Shown: in pieces, positions 19,277-28,927 of the stretch
Numbering within the stretch: position 1 is the first letter of the stretch
Layout: every line of letters starts with the position of its first letter
Origin: an uncultured bacterium
GTDB taxonomy: Bacteria > SAR324 > NAC60-12
Reading direction: 5' to 3'
DNA: 41,297 bases
NCBI GenBank assembly: GCA_964010765.1
Contig: CAXGMD010000021.1
Location: forward strand, 1 to 41,297
The notes under the pieces: generated by a model
Database searches by the model: none
What the model was told of the DNA's origin: nothing
What the model saw: only the letters and a program-made list of their open reading frames with translations
Position numbers and translations under genes: made by a program

Positions 19277-20134
19277 TTAACCTTTTACCGCCCCCAGAGA
19301 TAGGCCCTCTACCAAGTATCGTTGAGCGTACAAGGCCAACAACAAAGTGGGAGTTACCGATAACACAATCCCTGCAGCGATCTGTCCGTACTGAATCCCC
19401 GAAGCAGTCACGAAGGCCAATGCTCCCACCGTTACCGGTTGTTTATCCGCAGAAGCTAAGACGAGAGCGAATACAAAATTGTTCCAAGCGAAAATGAAGG
19501 ACAGTAAACCCGCAGCAGCAATTCCAGGACGGGCCAAGGGAATCGAAATTTTCAAAAATGTCTGTAACCAAGAATGACCGGCTAACCTGTATGCGCTCTC
19601 AATATCTGGGCTAATATCCTCAAAATATCCGCGTACAATCCAAAGAATAAGTGGTAACGAGATCAACTGATAGACCCAGATCAGTCCGGTGTAGGTGTTG
19701 GATAAACCAATATCCTCGAAATACAGTGTTAGTGGGAGCAACACCAACAACGGAGGGGCAAAACGAAATGAGAGAATTGTGAATGCGATGTCTTCACCCA
19801 GTCTAAAGCGGTAGCGCGCAAAGGCATAAGCTGCTGGAACTCCGAGGACAAGTGAAAGCAAAACCGCTGATGACGATAAAAATACACTGTTCCAAAGATT
19901 CTCCATGAAAGCGATATCAAGATTACCCGCCTGTGTTTCAAGCCTTCCAGTGATCAGCGCTTGGTAGTTGATCAGCGTTGGTTCGAAGAAAATTGACGGA
20001 GGAATTCTCAGGATCTGTTCATTAGTCTGAAAAGACATCAAGAAGATCCAGAATATCGGGAACATGAAAAAGAGGATCACAAGACCTAAAAGGACGCCCC
20101 GGAAGACTCTCTGAGATGTAGAAAGTTGGTTCAT
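19277..20134 (-). CDS. CUT1 ABC transporter permease (MalG-like)
   Basis: PAAYAFAR, EAA-like loop GYFEDISPDIESAYRLAG, FIFAWNNF, terminal GLSLGAVKG. Confidence 0.92.
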   Translation of the reverse strand: MNQLSTSQRVFRGVLLGLVILFFMFPIFWIFLMSFQTNEQILRIPPSIFFEPTLINYQALITGRLETQAGNLDIAFMENLWNSVFLSSSAVLLSLVLGVPAAYAFARYRFRLGEDIAFTILSFRFAPPLLVLLPLTLYFEDIGLSNTYTGLIWVYQLISLPLILWIVRGYFEDISPDIESAYRLAGHSWLQTFLKISIPLARPGIAAAGLLSFIFAWNNFVFALVLASADKQPVTVGALAFVTASGIQYGQIAAGIVLSVTPTLLLALYAQRYLVEGLSLGAVKG

Positions 20135-20143
20135 TTTCGACTC

Positions 20144-21067
20144 CTATCCATTTCCATGGGTTCGCTCTCGTAGGCGGAGCCATTGTTTAATGAAAACATT
20201 TGAAAGCGCAAAGGTGATGGCCCACAAGACCATCAATAGAGCTGTCGAACGACCAACATTGGTGTACTGGAAGAATTCTAGGTAGGCTTGCACCTGAAAA
20301 ACCATCAGCTGATCCCCAGGTCCACCCTGAGTCATCGAATAGATAATATCAAACTGTTGAATGGATTCGAGTAATCGAAAGAGTGTCGCTGTCAATAGAT
20401 ATGGCATCAGCATTGGCAAGGTGATGCGGAAGAAAATGAAGCTTTGTGGGACGCCATCCAATGCTGCAGCTTCAAATGGCTGTTTTGGCAGCGAACGTAA
20501 GCCAGCGAGCAAAAGAATCATGATAAATGGGGTGTAAACCCAAATATCCACCAACACAACGGTTAGTAACGCTGTAGAGGGATCGGAAGCCCATTTGAAA
20601 TCGCTAAATCCTAGCAAACTAACCAGATAGCTTAGTATCCCAAAATTTGGATTGGTCATCAGCTTCCACATTAACGATGCTAAAGCTGGTGCCGTCATCA
20701 ATGGGAGAAGCAGAAGAACGGAGACAATGTTATTGAATTTACTAGGCTGTTGAAGCAGAACCGCTATGCCAAGTCCGAGGAGTAATTCTAGGCCAACAGT
20801 TAGGAAGGCATACAAGAGAGAAATCTGAACAGTATTCCAGAACGCTGGGTCTGAAAGAAAATTGATGTAGTTGTCAAACCAGATGAACCCCTTCAGGTAA
20901 GGTAGGTTCAGCCGGAATCGCATCATTGAATAATAGACTGCTGTAAAAAAAGGGATCAAAATCCCAATGCAGACCAATAGTGCGGGTAAACTGAGCAGGT
21001 AGGGTAAAATTTTTTTCCGTAAGCGCCCACTTTTTGGAGCAGCAAGCGCTGAACTTGTCGAGGACAT
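20144..21067 (-). CDS. CUT1 ABC transporter permease (MalF-like)
   Basis: DIWVYTPF, LAGLRSLPKQPFEAAALDG, ITLPML, TQGGPG. Confidence 0.92.
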   Translation of the reverse strand: MSSTSSALAAPKSGRLRKKILPYLLSLPALLVCIGILIPFFTAVYYSMMRFRLNLPYLKGFIWFDNYINFLSDPAFWNTVQISLLYAFLTVGLELLLGLGIAVLLQQPSKFNNIVSVLLLLPLMTAPALASLMWKLMTNPNFGILSYLVSLLGFSDFKWASDPSTALLTVVLVDIWVYTPFIMILLLAGLRSLPKQPFEAAALDGVPQSFIFFRITLPMLMPYLLTATLFRLLESIQQFDIIYSMTQGGPGDQLMVFQVQAYLEFFQYTNVGRSTALLMVLWAITFALSNVFIKQWLRLRERTHGNG

Positions 21068-21102
21068 GTTTCCCTTCGACGAGGACCATTAGATTTAAAA
21101 TT

Positions 21103-21126
21103 TGGTGCCCTGTTTCCAGAGCACCA
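21103..21126 (-). terminator. Intra-operon hairpin downstream of the binding-protein gene
   Basis: Minus strand UGGUGCUCUG-GAAA-CAGGGCACCA: 10 bp with one U.G pair and a GNRA loop, followed by AAUUUU. Confidence 0.65.
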
Positions 21127-21168
21127 CCGAATCAATCGAAGCTATTAAGCAATAGGCTCCTAATCGAA

Positions 21169-22608
21169 TTAACCTAGACCAGCATCTCTCAACTGTCGAT
21201 CAATGCTGGAAGCTAGTTGATCTAAACCTTCATCGACTGGAACAGATTTGGCGACCATCTTTTGGAGGGTCTCTGCCCATTGTGTCGTCAGGTCAAAGAA
21301 CAGCGGCTGAGCTGTGAAGTAGATCTTTGCACCAGGAGCTGACAAGTCATGCTGGTTGAGATAACCAGGGTACGACTCATTGATGCGGCTTCTGAACTCA
21401 GAATCATCCCAAACGGACTGACGCACAGGGTTCACGAAGTCCATCTTTCTTGCCCCGAACATTCCATGATCCCCAGAAGAAGCCCACTGGATGAAGTACC
21501 AGGCAGCATCTTTTTGTTTTGAGAAACTAGACATTGCCAAAGACCAAATCCATACGTTTGGAGTTGGAGCAGAAGCATTTGGATTCGCAGCAAAGGGAGC
21601 GTAACCAATATTACCAGCTTCCTTGTTGTCGCCTCCATTCATGAAATATCCAAGAATATCAGCATCAAAGATCATGGCTGAAGCGCCAGCACCAAGATCT
21701 GTTCCAACTTGATACCAAGTATGTGTTGACCAGTTTTTCGCTCCAGAATCCTGAATCATCTTGACCCAAAGTTCATGGAAGTCTTTAGAAGCCTTGGTAT
21801 TCATAGCCGCTTTTAGCTTCCCACCGCTGACAGTGAAGTCTTTTTGGCCGTAGTTTGCGTAAGCGGAGAGGAAACCCGGGTGAATGGTAGCCCAAGAACG
21901 TGAACCACGAACCCCAATTCCGTAGGGCCCACCTAGGTCCCTTTGAAGTTTCGCCGCAACGTTCACCATGTCTTCCATGTTCTTGGGCGGCTCAACACCT
22001 GCTTTTTTGAACATGTTGCGATTATAGGCAACGTTGTTTAATTCGTATCCCCAAGGCAAACACCATTGTTTGGCATCTGCTGAGCCTAACTCACCTCCGG
22101 GGACTCCATTCCAGGCAGTTGATGCTCTCAAGCCTGGAAGCATGTCTTCCCAGTTATAGTTTGGCGCTGTCTTAGATGAATCCTTGATCCAAGCATTTAG
22201 ATCCTCAATCCAACCAGCTGGACCGTAAGTCCATGTCATGTAAGCACCTGTCATGAACGCATCATACTCACTTGATCTGGAAGATAGAGCGGCCGTCACC
22301 TTATCGAAATAAACGTCCTCTGGAAACACATCATATGTGATGTTCATCCCTGTCAGACTTTTGAAATTTTCCAGGTTTGCAATCATCGCATCTACGTAAG
22401 GGTGCTTGTTCAAAAGGAGCTTCAAGCTTTTCCCTTGGTGAGCTTTCCAATTGAAATCTGCAGCAAGTAGATCTGTGGAAGCTTTATTCAACATGAGGTT
22501 TGCTGCGCCAAAGGCTACACCCAATTGTGCTGTCTTGGTCAACAATTCACGCCGGCTCATTTTACCAGCGGCGTAGGCTTCGAAAAGGCTCTTTGCTTTG
22601 TCACTCAT
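21169..22608 (-). CDS. CUT1 polyol ABC substrate-binding protein (MptA-like), Tat-type signal
   Basis: Start moved to ATG 22608 after GGAG; SRRELL twin-arginine motif then a hydrophobic stretch; LLLNKHPY, DVFPEDVYFDKV, NVWIWSLAM; heads the permease/ATPase run. Confidence 0.88.
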   Translation of the reverse strand: MSDKAKSLFEAYAAGKMSRRELLTKTAQLGVAFGAANLMLNKASTDLLAADFNWKAHQGKSLKLLLNKHPYVDAMIANLENFKSLTGMNITYDVFPEDVYFDKVTAALSSRSSEYDAFMTGAYMTWTYGPAGWIEDLNAWIKDSSKTAPNYNWEDMLPGLRASTAWNGVPGGELGSADAKQWCLPWGYELNNVAYNRNMFKKAGVEPPKNMEDMVNVAAKLQRDLGGPYGIGVRGSRSWATIHPGFLSAYANYGQKDFTVSGGKLKAAMNTKASKDFHELWVKMIQDSGAKNWSTHTWYQVGTDLGAGASAMIFDADILGYFMNGGDNKEAGNIGYAPFAANPNASAPTPNVWIWSLAMSSFSKQKDAAWYFIQWASSGDHGMFGARKMDFVNPVRQSVWDDSEFRSRINESYPGYLNQHDLSAPGAKIYFTAQPLFFDLTTQWAETLQKMVAKSVPVDEGLDQLASSIDRQLRDAGLG

Positions 22609-22728
22609 AATCAATCTCCGCAAAGTGGTTTTGGGACATAGGAATCCAAAGAATCCTCTGATTCTTTGGCGCAATGTGCGGACATCTCAATCCACACAAA
22701 GATTGTTTAGACTTACTCTATATTAAGT

Positions 22729-24207
22729 CTAAAATGCTTTTGTTATCATATATATTTTTGACTGTCTCATTGACAAGTCTTGCCATTTCTCGGCAACATT
22801 TTGATCAGGCTCGATTAGCTCTGCCTCATTTGTCATTGCAGCTGCAGCTTCTTCAAAACTTGCAAACCAACCTGCACCCACAGCAGCTGAAATTCCAGCT
22901 CCTAAGGCGGAAGCTTCATTGGAAAGGCTTCTTTGAACAGGGAGTTGGGTTGCATCGGCGATCATCTTCATCCACAAAGGACTTTGGGCTCCACCTCCAA
23001 TCGCATTGATCTTTCTTAGCTCAACCCCCTCACTGGCCATCTTCTGCATGGCACGAGCTGATTCTAGAGTTAATGCTTCGAGGGAAGCTCGGTACAGATG
23101 TGCTTGCGTGTGATGAGTTCTCAGACCTAAAAATGTCCCAAATGCTTGAGGATCCCAATGAGGATCCATGCAACCAGAAAGATGAGTTTGAACAAGGACA
23201 CCTTCAGAGCCAATATCAATTTTGGATGCTTGCTCATCTAGTCTAGCAAAGGTCTCTGGTGTGCGCTCACCACTGCCGAGGCATTCAAGAAACCAGTTAA
23301 CAAAGAAGGCCCCAGCTCGTTGGACTGCTTCCAGAAAATAACCCTGGCCTGTCGGGGAGATTAACGTCCGCCAAAAATTACTCAAGCGCAGATCCTGAGA
23401 TGAAGCCCCTGCGATGATAGCTGTCCCAAGATTTAGGTAGGCACGCCCTCCTGCAATGGCATTTACGCCAAGCCCTGCACATTGACCATCCCCTCCACCT
23501 GCAAATATTTTTAGGTTGATCGGTAAGTTGAATTCTGAGGTGATTTTTTCTGAAATTCTCCCGATCTCTTTACCAGGACATAACGCTTCAGGAAATTGAT
23601 TTGTACGGACCCCGACCTGATCTAGCAAAGTGCTGGACCAGACTTTTTTATGGATGTCGAAAGTTCCAAAAGGATCAGCGCTTGTCCAACTAGTTTTAGC
23701 AGTTCCTGTCAAGCGAAACACAAGGTAACCCTGTACATCAAGGATTCGATGGGTCTTCTCAAGAACTTTTGGTTTATTCTTGCTCAACCACTTCAGTCGA
23801 TACAAAACAGGGGTGGGGTCAATTGGTTTTCCTGAAATTTTGTGAATTTTTTCTCCTCCCAGAACCTCGCACAAACCTCCAACCTCGTTAGCAGCCCTTT
23901 CATCCAGCCAAACCATTGCGTCATGTAAACTAGTTCCATCCTGATCCAGAAAAGCTACGGTTTCTCTTTGATTAGAAATAGAGAGACCTTCTACTCTCTT
24001 TGGGTCAATTTTTTGAAGTGCTTGCCGCAAAGCAATTATAAATGAATCCCACCATTCTTCAGGATCCTGCTCAGCGTGACCTGGTTGTGGCATTTTCATA
24101 CTGATCGGTGCTCTACCCTCAGAGACAGGCTGGCCCTTTTCATTCCAAACAATCGCTTTTGTCGATTGCGTAGAACTGTCAATTCCAATGACAAATTTCT
24201 CCGTCAC
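22729..24207 (-). CDS. FGGY carbohydrate kinase (xylulokinase-like, substrate unassigned)
   Basis: GIDSSTQSTK, SNQRET, WLDER, GGGDGQCAGLG, NLGT, PHWDP, GGGAQS, ASALGA; GTG start. Confidence 0.85.
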   Translation of the reverse strand: MTEKFVIGIDSSTQSTKAIVWNEKGQPVSEGRAPISMKMPQPGHAEQDPEEWWDSFIIALRQALQKIDPKRVEGLSISNQRETVAFLDQDGTSLHDAMVWLDERAANEVGGLCEVLGGEKIHKISGKPIDPTPVLYRLKWLSKNKPKVLEKTHRILDVQGYLVFRLTGTAKTSWTSADPFGTFDIHKKVWSSTLLDQVGVRTNQFPEALCPGKEIGRISEKITSEFNLPINLKIFAGGGDGQCAGLGVNAIAGGRAYLNLGTAIIAGASSQDLRLSNFWRTLISPTGQGYFLEAVQRAGAFFVNWFLECLGSGERTPETFARLDEQASKIDIGSEGVLVQTHLSGCMDPHWDPQAFGTFLGLRTHHTQAHLYRASLEALTLESARAMQKMASEGVELRKINAIGGGAQSPLWMKMIADATQLPVQRSLSNEASALGAGISAAVGAGWFASFEEAAAAMTNEAELIEPDQNVAEKWQDLSMRQSKIYMITKAF

Positions 24208-24234
24208 GTTCCTTTCCCATCTCTAGACTTTGAA

Positions 24235-25194
24235 TCAACTGAGCAATGCATTTGCGGTTTCATAGTCTGTTACCAAGTGAGTTGGATATTGTCCCTTTAG
24301 CGTTGCTCGAACAACCTCCACTTTTTGGGAACCCCCAGCCATTGCCAATCGACAAGGAATGTTTTTGATTTCATCGAGTGATACGCCGATCATACGATCA
24401 TCCATTTCTGTGTAAATCTGCTGGCCCTGCTCGTTGAGCATTCTGCCGAGAATTGTTCCAACTGCTCCCTTTGCAAGATATCTTTCCCGCTCAGTTGCCT
24501 TCAAAAAACCTGTTCTCATGACAGTGCTTTGGAGATCCAGCTCTCCAATTCCGAAAACGATAATTCTTGAAGACTTGATAGTCTTAAATTGGTTAACGAG
24601 AACCTCTTCTTTCAAAAGTTCTTCTTTTAGGTGCTTCGAGGAAAGAATTGCTGGGGCTAGAAAATTCATACAACGGGCGTTAAGCCGGTTGGCAAGCACA
24701 GAGGTACAAAATTCTGGAGAGAATTCAACTGTCGAATGAAAACTACCAACGACTTGAACTACTGTGAGGTTATCCAATTGGCTTCGTGGAATTGCTTGGG
24801 CTGCTGCTAGAACAGTCTTTCCCCAAGCTACAGAGATTACATCGTTGGATTTCAACATACCTAGTAAAACTCTTGCAGCCGCTACTCCCAGTCGCTCAGA
24901 TAAATTCAATTCCTCCACCGTCTTTGGAATGACTACACAGCTAGTAAGCCCGTATTTCTCTTGGAGTGATTTCGAAATGACAGTTTCTGAAATCGATTTT
25001 TGATCAAACTGGATGGATACAAGACCTCGGTCACGAGCTTCCTGAAGATAATTTACAACCGAAGCTCTTGAAACTCCAAGAACCTTGGCAACATCAATCT
25101 GTGTCATCTGATCGATATAATAAAGCCAAGCAGCCCATGTGACTACATCTTGGAATTCAGGAGGACTCTCCTTTCGGCGCAATTTCACATTCAT
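24235..25194 (-). CDS. SorC/DeoR(Bs)-family sugar-binding transcriptional regulator
   Basis: AAWLYYIDQMTQIDVAKVLGVSRASV HTH; VAWGKT, APAI, FGIG, AGG..K, LVTD sugar-binding domain. Confidence 0.92.
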   Translation of the reverse strand: MNVKLRRKESPPEFQDVVTWAAWLYYIDQMTQIDVAKVLGVSRASVVNYLQEARDRGLVSIQFDQKSISETVISKSLQEKYGLTSCVVIPKTVEELNLSERLGVAAARVLLGMLKSNDVISVAWGKTVLAAAQAIPRSQLDNLTVVQVVGSFHSTVEFSPEFCTSVLANRLNARCMNFLAPAILSSKHLKEELLKEEVLVNQFKTIKSSRIIVFGIGELDLQSTVMRTGFLKATERERYLAKGAVGTILGRMLNEQGQQIYTEMDDRMIGVSLDEIKNIPCRLAMAGGSQKVEVVRATLKGQYPTHLVTDYETANALLS

Positions 25195-25267
25195 ATCAAT
25201 GAAAGCTAGTTAAATTTCGATCAGATTCTGAATTATTAGGATGTAATCTCTTTAAATTTTTTTGGAT

Positions 25268-25334
25268 TTGACATTTAAGTTCACAGACAGTCAAGTTAGA
25301 TTTGACAATGTTCAGATTTAGTTGACATTTGACA
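25268..25334. promoter_or_regulatory. Cluster of TTGACA repeats in the divergent promoter region; candidate operator array or -35 elements
   Basis: TTGACA at 25268, 25302, 25322 and 25329, plus inverted GTCAA at 25290. Confidence 0.5.
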
Positions 25335-25628
25335 ATTAAAAAGCATTTTAAACTTTTATTAACTTTTTATTTACAAAAAGTAATTCCAAAGGTGAATAAC
25401 AACTAAAAAATCTAAAAAAAATTGTTTGTTGTTTTTTGAGATTAATTTTGGAGTTGAGTAACAAAGAATTGTTGAAAAATTCTCAATAATTAGGTTGAAA
25501 CTCGTTATGCCTGCTTTGGTAAACTTGACCCAAGCAGAAATAGTTCTGTTTGCAGTGGAGACTGCATGTGGGGGGAAATGTTTTTGATTTGAAATCCCCT
25601 GATAGAGGGAATGGAAACCCTGACAGAA

Positions 25629-25650
25629 TTGAACACCAGTTGGTGTTCAA
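25629..25650. promoter_or_regulatory. 22-bp palindrome, candidate operator
   Basis: TTGAACACCA-GT-TGGTGTTCAA, perfect 10-bp arms, ending 70 bp upstream of the SBP start. Confidence 0.55.
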
Positions 25651-25720
25651 GATTCTTATCTAAAACAAACCGACAGAGAATAACTCTGTTATTAATGATG
25701 ATTCTCATCAGGAGATTTAG

Positions 25721-27145
25721 ATGAAAAAGCTGTTTCTATCAGTATTTGCATCGGTCACAGCACTCACTGCAGTTGCAGGTGGCCACGATGCATTTTGGAA
25801 ATCTGCTGGCCAACCCTATAAAGGTGTAACTCTTCAAGGTGTTACTGAAAATACCCCTCCTGGGCAATTTGTTTCAGAGGTCCTAGCAAAGGATTTTGAG
25901 AAATTGACAGGTATCAAAGTAAGGCTTGAAACAACATCATGGGATCAGATGTATGACAAGGCCATTAAAGATATGGAAGCCAATACAGGGATCTATGATT
26001 TCGTATATATTGAACAAGACATCATTTATTCCTACTTGGATCGGGATTTCTTGGTAAATATTTCCGAAGGCTTGGCGTCAAACCCGAAGCTGCAAGCGCC
26101 AAATGTAGACTTTGATGATTTCACAACATTTATCAACTACTTCAAAAACGCAGAGGGAGATGTTTTTGGGGTGCCGATGGAAGCCTTCATCAAGGTTTAT
26201 CTTTACAGAAAAGACCTTTTCGAAAATACAGAAGCCAAGGCAGCTTTCCGAGCGCGCTATGGATATGGATTAGAGCCAGCTAAAACCTTTGGTCAATATC
26301 GAGACAATGCTGAATTTTTTACTAAGTTCTGCGCTGATCAAGGTATGGACTGCTGGGGAACAACTGTTCAGGGTCATACTGGACACCCTGCCTCAACATA
26401 TGAATTGTTAGAAACCATCTTCCCAAGCTTTGGCGTTTACAATTGGGGAATCAACATGGACAACTACCAGGCGTCTGTTGAAAATGGTGGACAATTGAAC
26501 GGAGGACGAGCAAAAGCTGCTCTGAGATTCTGGACTGGATTGCTTGATTTTGCTCCACCAGAGGCACTTCAAAGTACTTGGAGTGAAGTGGGCGCATCTT
26601 TCGCTGCAGGACGAGCTGCGCAGGGATGGGTATATGGTGAAAATGCTGCCTGGATTGCGACAGACGAAGAAAGATCTCGTGTCGTAGGTAATGTTGGGGT
26701 TGCCCTCCCACCAACTGCTGAGGGTGTAATGATGCAGGCTGCTTCAGGGAATGGCTACATCGGTTATTTCGATGGCGGAGCTTTTGGAATTCCCCATTCT
26801 TCCAAGAACAAAGAAGCAACTATGCTTTGGCTGCAGTATCTTGGGCAAAACGAAGTGCAAGCGGATTGGGCAATTGCAGGAGGAAGAATTACCCATAAAG
26901 CAACATACTCTGATCCAAAAGTTGTAGCAGTTGATGCAAAGGCTGATGCATACTTCACTTTAATGAGAGATACTGGCTATCTCTTTGCTGGCGCCCCTCC
27001 TTATCCATTTCATGGAGCAGGAAGAGCTGCAATTGACCCATTCATTTTCAAAGCACTTGCCGGTGAGTTGACTCCAGAAGAAGCTCTGGATCAAGCCGCA
27101 GCAGCAGTGGATGAGCTTATGAAAGAATTGGGATACGCGAAGTAA
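25721..27145 (+). CDS. CUT1 sugar/polyol ABC substrate-binding protein
   Basis: AGGAGA RBS, Sec signal [54 protein letters not shown]; followed by two permeases. Confidence 0.9.
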   Translation: MKKLFLSVFASVTALTAVAGGHDAFWKSAGQPYKGVTLQGVTENTPPGQFVSEVLAKDFEKLTGIKVRLETTSWDQMYDKAIKDMEANTGIYDFVYIEQDIIYSYLDRDFLVNISEGLASNPKLQAPNVDFDDFTTFINYFKNAEGDVFGVPMEAFIKVYLYRKDLFENTEAKAAFRARYGYGLEPAKTFGQYRDNAEFFTKFCADQGMDCWGTTVQGHTGHPASTYELLETIFPSFGVYNWGINMDNYQASVENGGQLNGGRAKAALRFWTGLLDFAPPEALQSTWSEVGASFAAGRAAQGWVYGENAAWIATDEERSRVVGNVGVALPPTAEGVMMQAASGNGYIGYFDGGAFGIPHSSKNKEATMLWLQYLGQNEVQADWAIAGGRITHKATYSDPKVVAVDAKADAYFTLMRDTGYLFAGAPPYPFHGAGRAAIDPFIFKALAGELTPEEALDQAAAAVDELMKELGYAK

Positions 27146-27151
27146 CTTTTC

Positions 27152-27176
27152 TGGGGCTGATTGCTTATCAGCCCCA
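27152..27176 (+). terminator. Intra-operon hairpin downstream of the binding-protein gene
   Basis: TGGGGCTGAT-TGCTT-ATCAGCCCCA, perfect 10-bp stem followed by TTT. Confidence 0.7.
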
Positions 27177-27207
27177 TTTAAAACAAACAATGTATACTTA
27201 CTAAATC

Positions 27208-28083
27208 GTGGTTGGTTCTAAAAGAATTCCTTGGTATCTTCTTTCACCCACAATCATCATTCTACTGATTGTTGGGTTACTACCGTTTATTTATGTTTTA
27301 ATTGTAAGCTTTTATAATTGGAATCCTTTAGGAAAGTCAGATGAAATGACTTTTATTGCAGGGGATAATTTTAGAAAATTAGTTTTTGATGAAGATTTTT
27401 TGTTGAGTGTCTGGCGATCAATTAAGTATGCCTTCACTACACTTTTTTTTGAATTCATTATTGGGTTTTTACTCGCTTTATCTTTGAGAGAAAGTTTTCC
27501 GTTTAGACCTTTTTTCAGAATCGTTCATACTCTCCCCTTAGTAGTAGCTCCCATCGTTGTTGGATCGATCTTCAAGCTCTTTACAGTTTCAGGCTTCGGC
27601 CCCTTCCCTCATTTCTTGAAGGAATGGTTTGGATATTCTTTTAATTATGGGAGAGATGCGGATCAGGCATTCTGGATGATTGTGTTCATGGACATATGGC
27701 ATTGGACGCCGTTTGTTACTTTGACGCTATTAGCAGGATTGAGTGCTTTGCCAAAAGACCCATATGAATCAGCAAAAATGGATGGGGCTAATGGAATTCA
27801 AATTTTCTTTCATCTCACTCTTCCCATGATGGTACCCGTGCTACTTGTTGTAGTCTTCATCAGGCTAATGGATTCTTTGAAGGCTGTTGATGAGATCTGG
27901 ATGTTAACGAGTGGAGGTCCTGGTGTAGAAACTCGACTAGCTGGAATTCATATCTGGAGGTCCGTGTTTGAAAGTCGATTCTACGGCTATGGTTCTGCGA
28001 TGTCGATATTTCTACTTTATATAACAATTGTTATTTGTTGGTTACTTTACGTAGTTATGACTTCAAAACAGAATAATGATTAA
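27208..28083 (+). CDS. CUT1 ABC transporter permease (MalF-like)
   Basis: [49 protein letters not shown] start. Confidence 0.92.
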   Translation: MVGSKRIPWYLLSPTIIILLIVGLLPFIYVLIVSFYNWNPLGKSDEMTFIAGDNFRKLVFDEDFLLSVWRSIKYAFTTLFFEFIIGFLLALSLRESFPFRPFFRIVHTLPLVVAPIVVGSIFKLFTVSGFGPFPHFLKEWFGYSFNYGRDADQAFWMIVFMDIWHWTPFVTLTLLAGLSALPKDPYESAKMDGANGIQIFFHLTLPMMVPVLLVVVFIRLMDSLKAVDEIWMLTSGGPGVETRLAGIHIWRSVFESRFYGYGSAMSIFLLYITIVICWLLYVVMTSKQNND

Positions 28084-28924
28084 GAATTTGAAAAAGTTAG
28101 TAAAATTTATAATTTGGAGCATTCTTTCGATGATTACGATAATTCCAATCTATTGGATGTTCGTTGTTTCAACTAGAAGTCCTGTTGAACTGTTCGGAAA
28201 ACCAGATTTTTCACCAACTTTTTTTGAAAAAATTTATTGGAAAAATTTCACAAAGCCTTTTGTTGATGGAGTCTATGCAGAATACTTGTGGAATTCAATC
28301 ATAGTTGCATCTTGCAATGCTCTACTGGTTACTATTTTGGCCATTATGGCGACTTATGCACTATCGAGATGGAAGTTAGCAGCATCAGAAAATATTTTCT
28401 TCTGGACGATGACTAATAGAATGGCACCTCCTGCGGCTTTCCTGTTACCTCTGTTTCTACTCTTTTCTATTGTTTTTCGTTATGATGATGTGAGTTTATT
28501 TGACACAAAATTAGGGCTGATTCTTCTTTATTGTGTTTTCAATCTTCCTTTTGCTATCTGGTTACTGAAAGGTATATTTGACGGAATACCAAGAGAGTTA
28601 GATGAGGCTGTTTTAATCGATGGTGGTAATTATTTTACAATCATATTTAGAATCATCATTCCTCAAGCAGCACCAGGAATTGCAATTACAGCATTATTGA
28701 GCTGGATATTTGCCTGGAATGAATACTTATTGGCTGCAACCTTGACTAGTGTGTATGCCCGCACAATCCCTACGGGCTTGGCTGAGTTTGTCACCACTAC
28801 TGGCACAAATTGGGGTGCTATGGCCGCAGTAGGTTTTGTTTCAATGCTACCTGCTTTAGTCTTTATAAGCCTTGTACAGCGTCATATCGTATCTGGTTTA
28901 ACCTTCGGGGCAGTGAAAGGATAA
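28076..28924 (+). CDS. CUT1 ABC transporter permease (MalG-like)
   Basis: [36 protein letters not shown], terminal GLTFGAVKG. Confidence 0.92.
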   Translation: MIKNLKKLVKFIIWSILSMITIIPIYWMFVVSTRSPVELFGKPDFSPTFFEKIYWKNFTKPFVDGVYAEYLWNSIIVASCNALLVTILAIMATYALSRWKLAASENIFFWTMTNRMAPPAAFLLPLFLLFSIVFRYDDVSLFDTKLGLILLYCVFNLPFAIWLLKGIFDGIPRELDEAVLIDGGNYFTIIFRIIIPQAAPGIAITALLSWIFAWNEYLLAATLTSVYARTIPTGLAEFVTTTGTNWGAMAAVGFVSMLPALVFISLVQRHIVSGLTFGAVKG

Positions 28925-28927
28925 CTT

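Noticed and set aside
25551..25566. GGAG-loop hairpin as a CsrA/RsmA site or Csr-type sRNA
   Set aside because: Only one such loop and a poor match to the ANGGA consensus; no repeated GGA hairpins.
25505..25708. 67-aa minus-strand ORF in the divergent intergenic region
   Set aside because: No recognisable motif or clear RBS, and it is antisense to the structured SBP leader.
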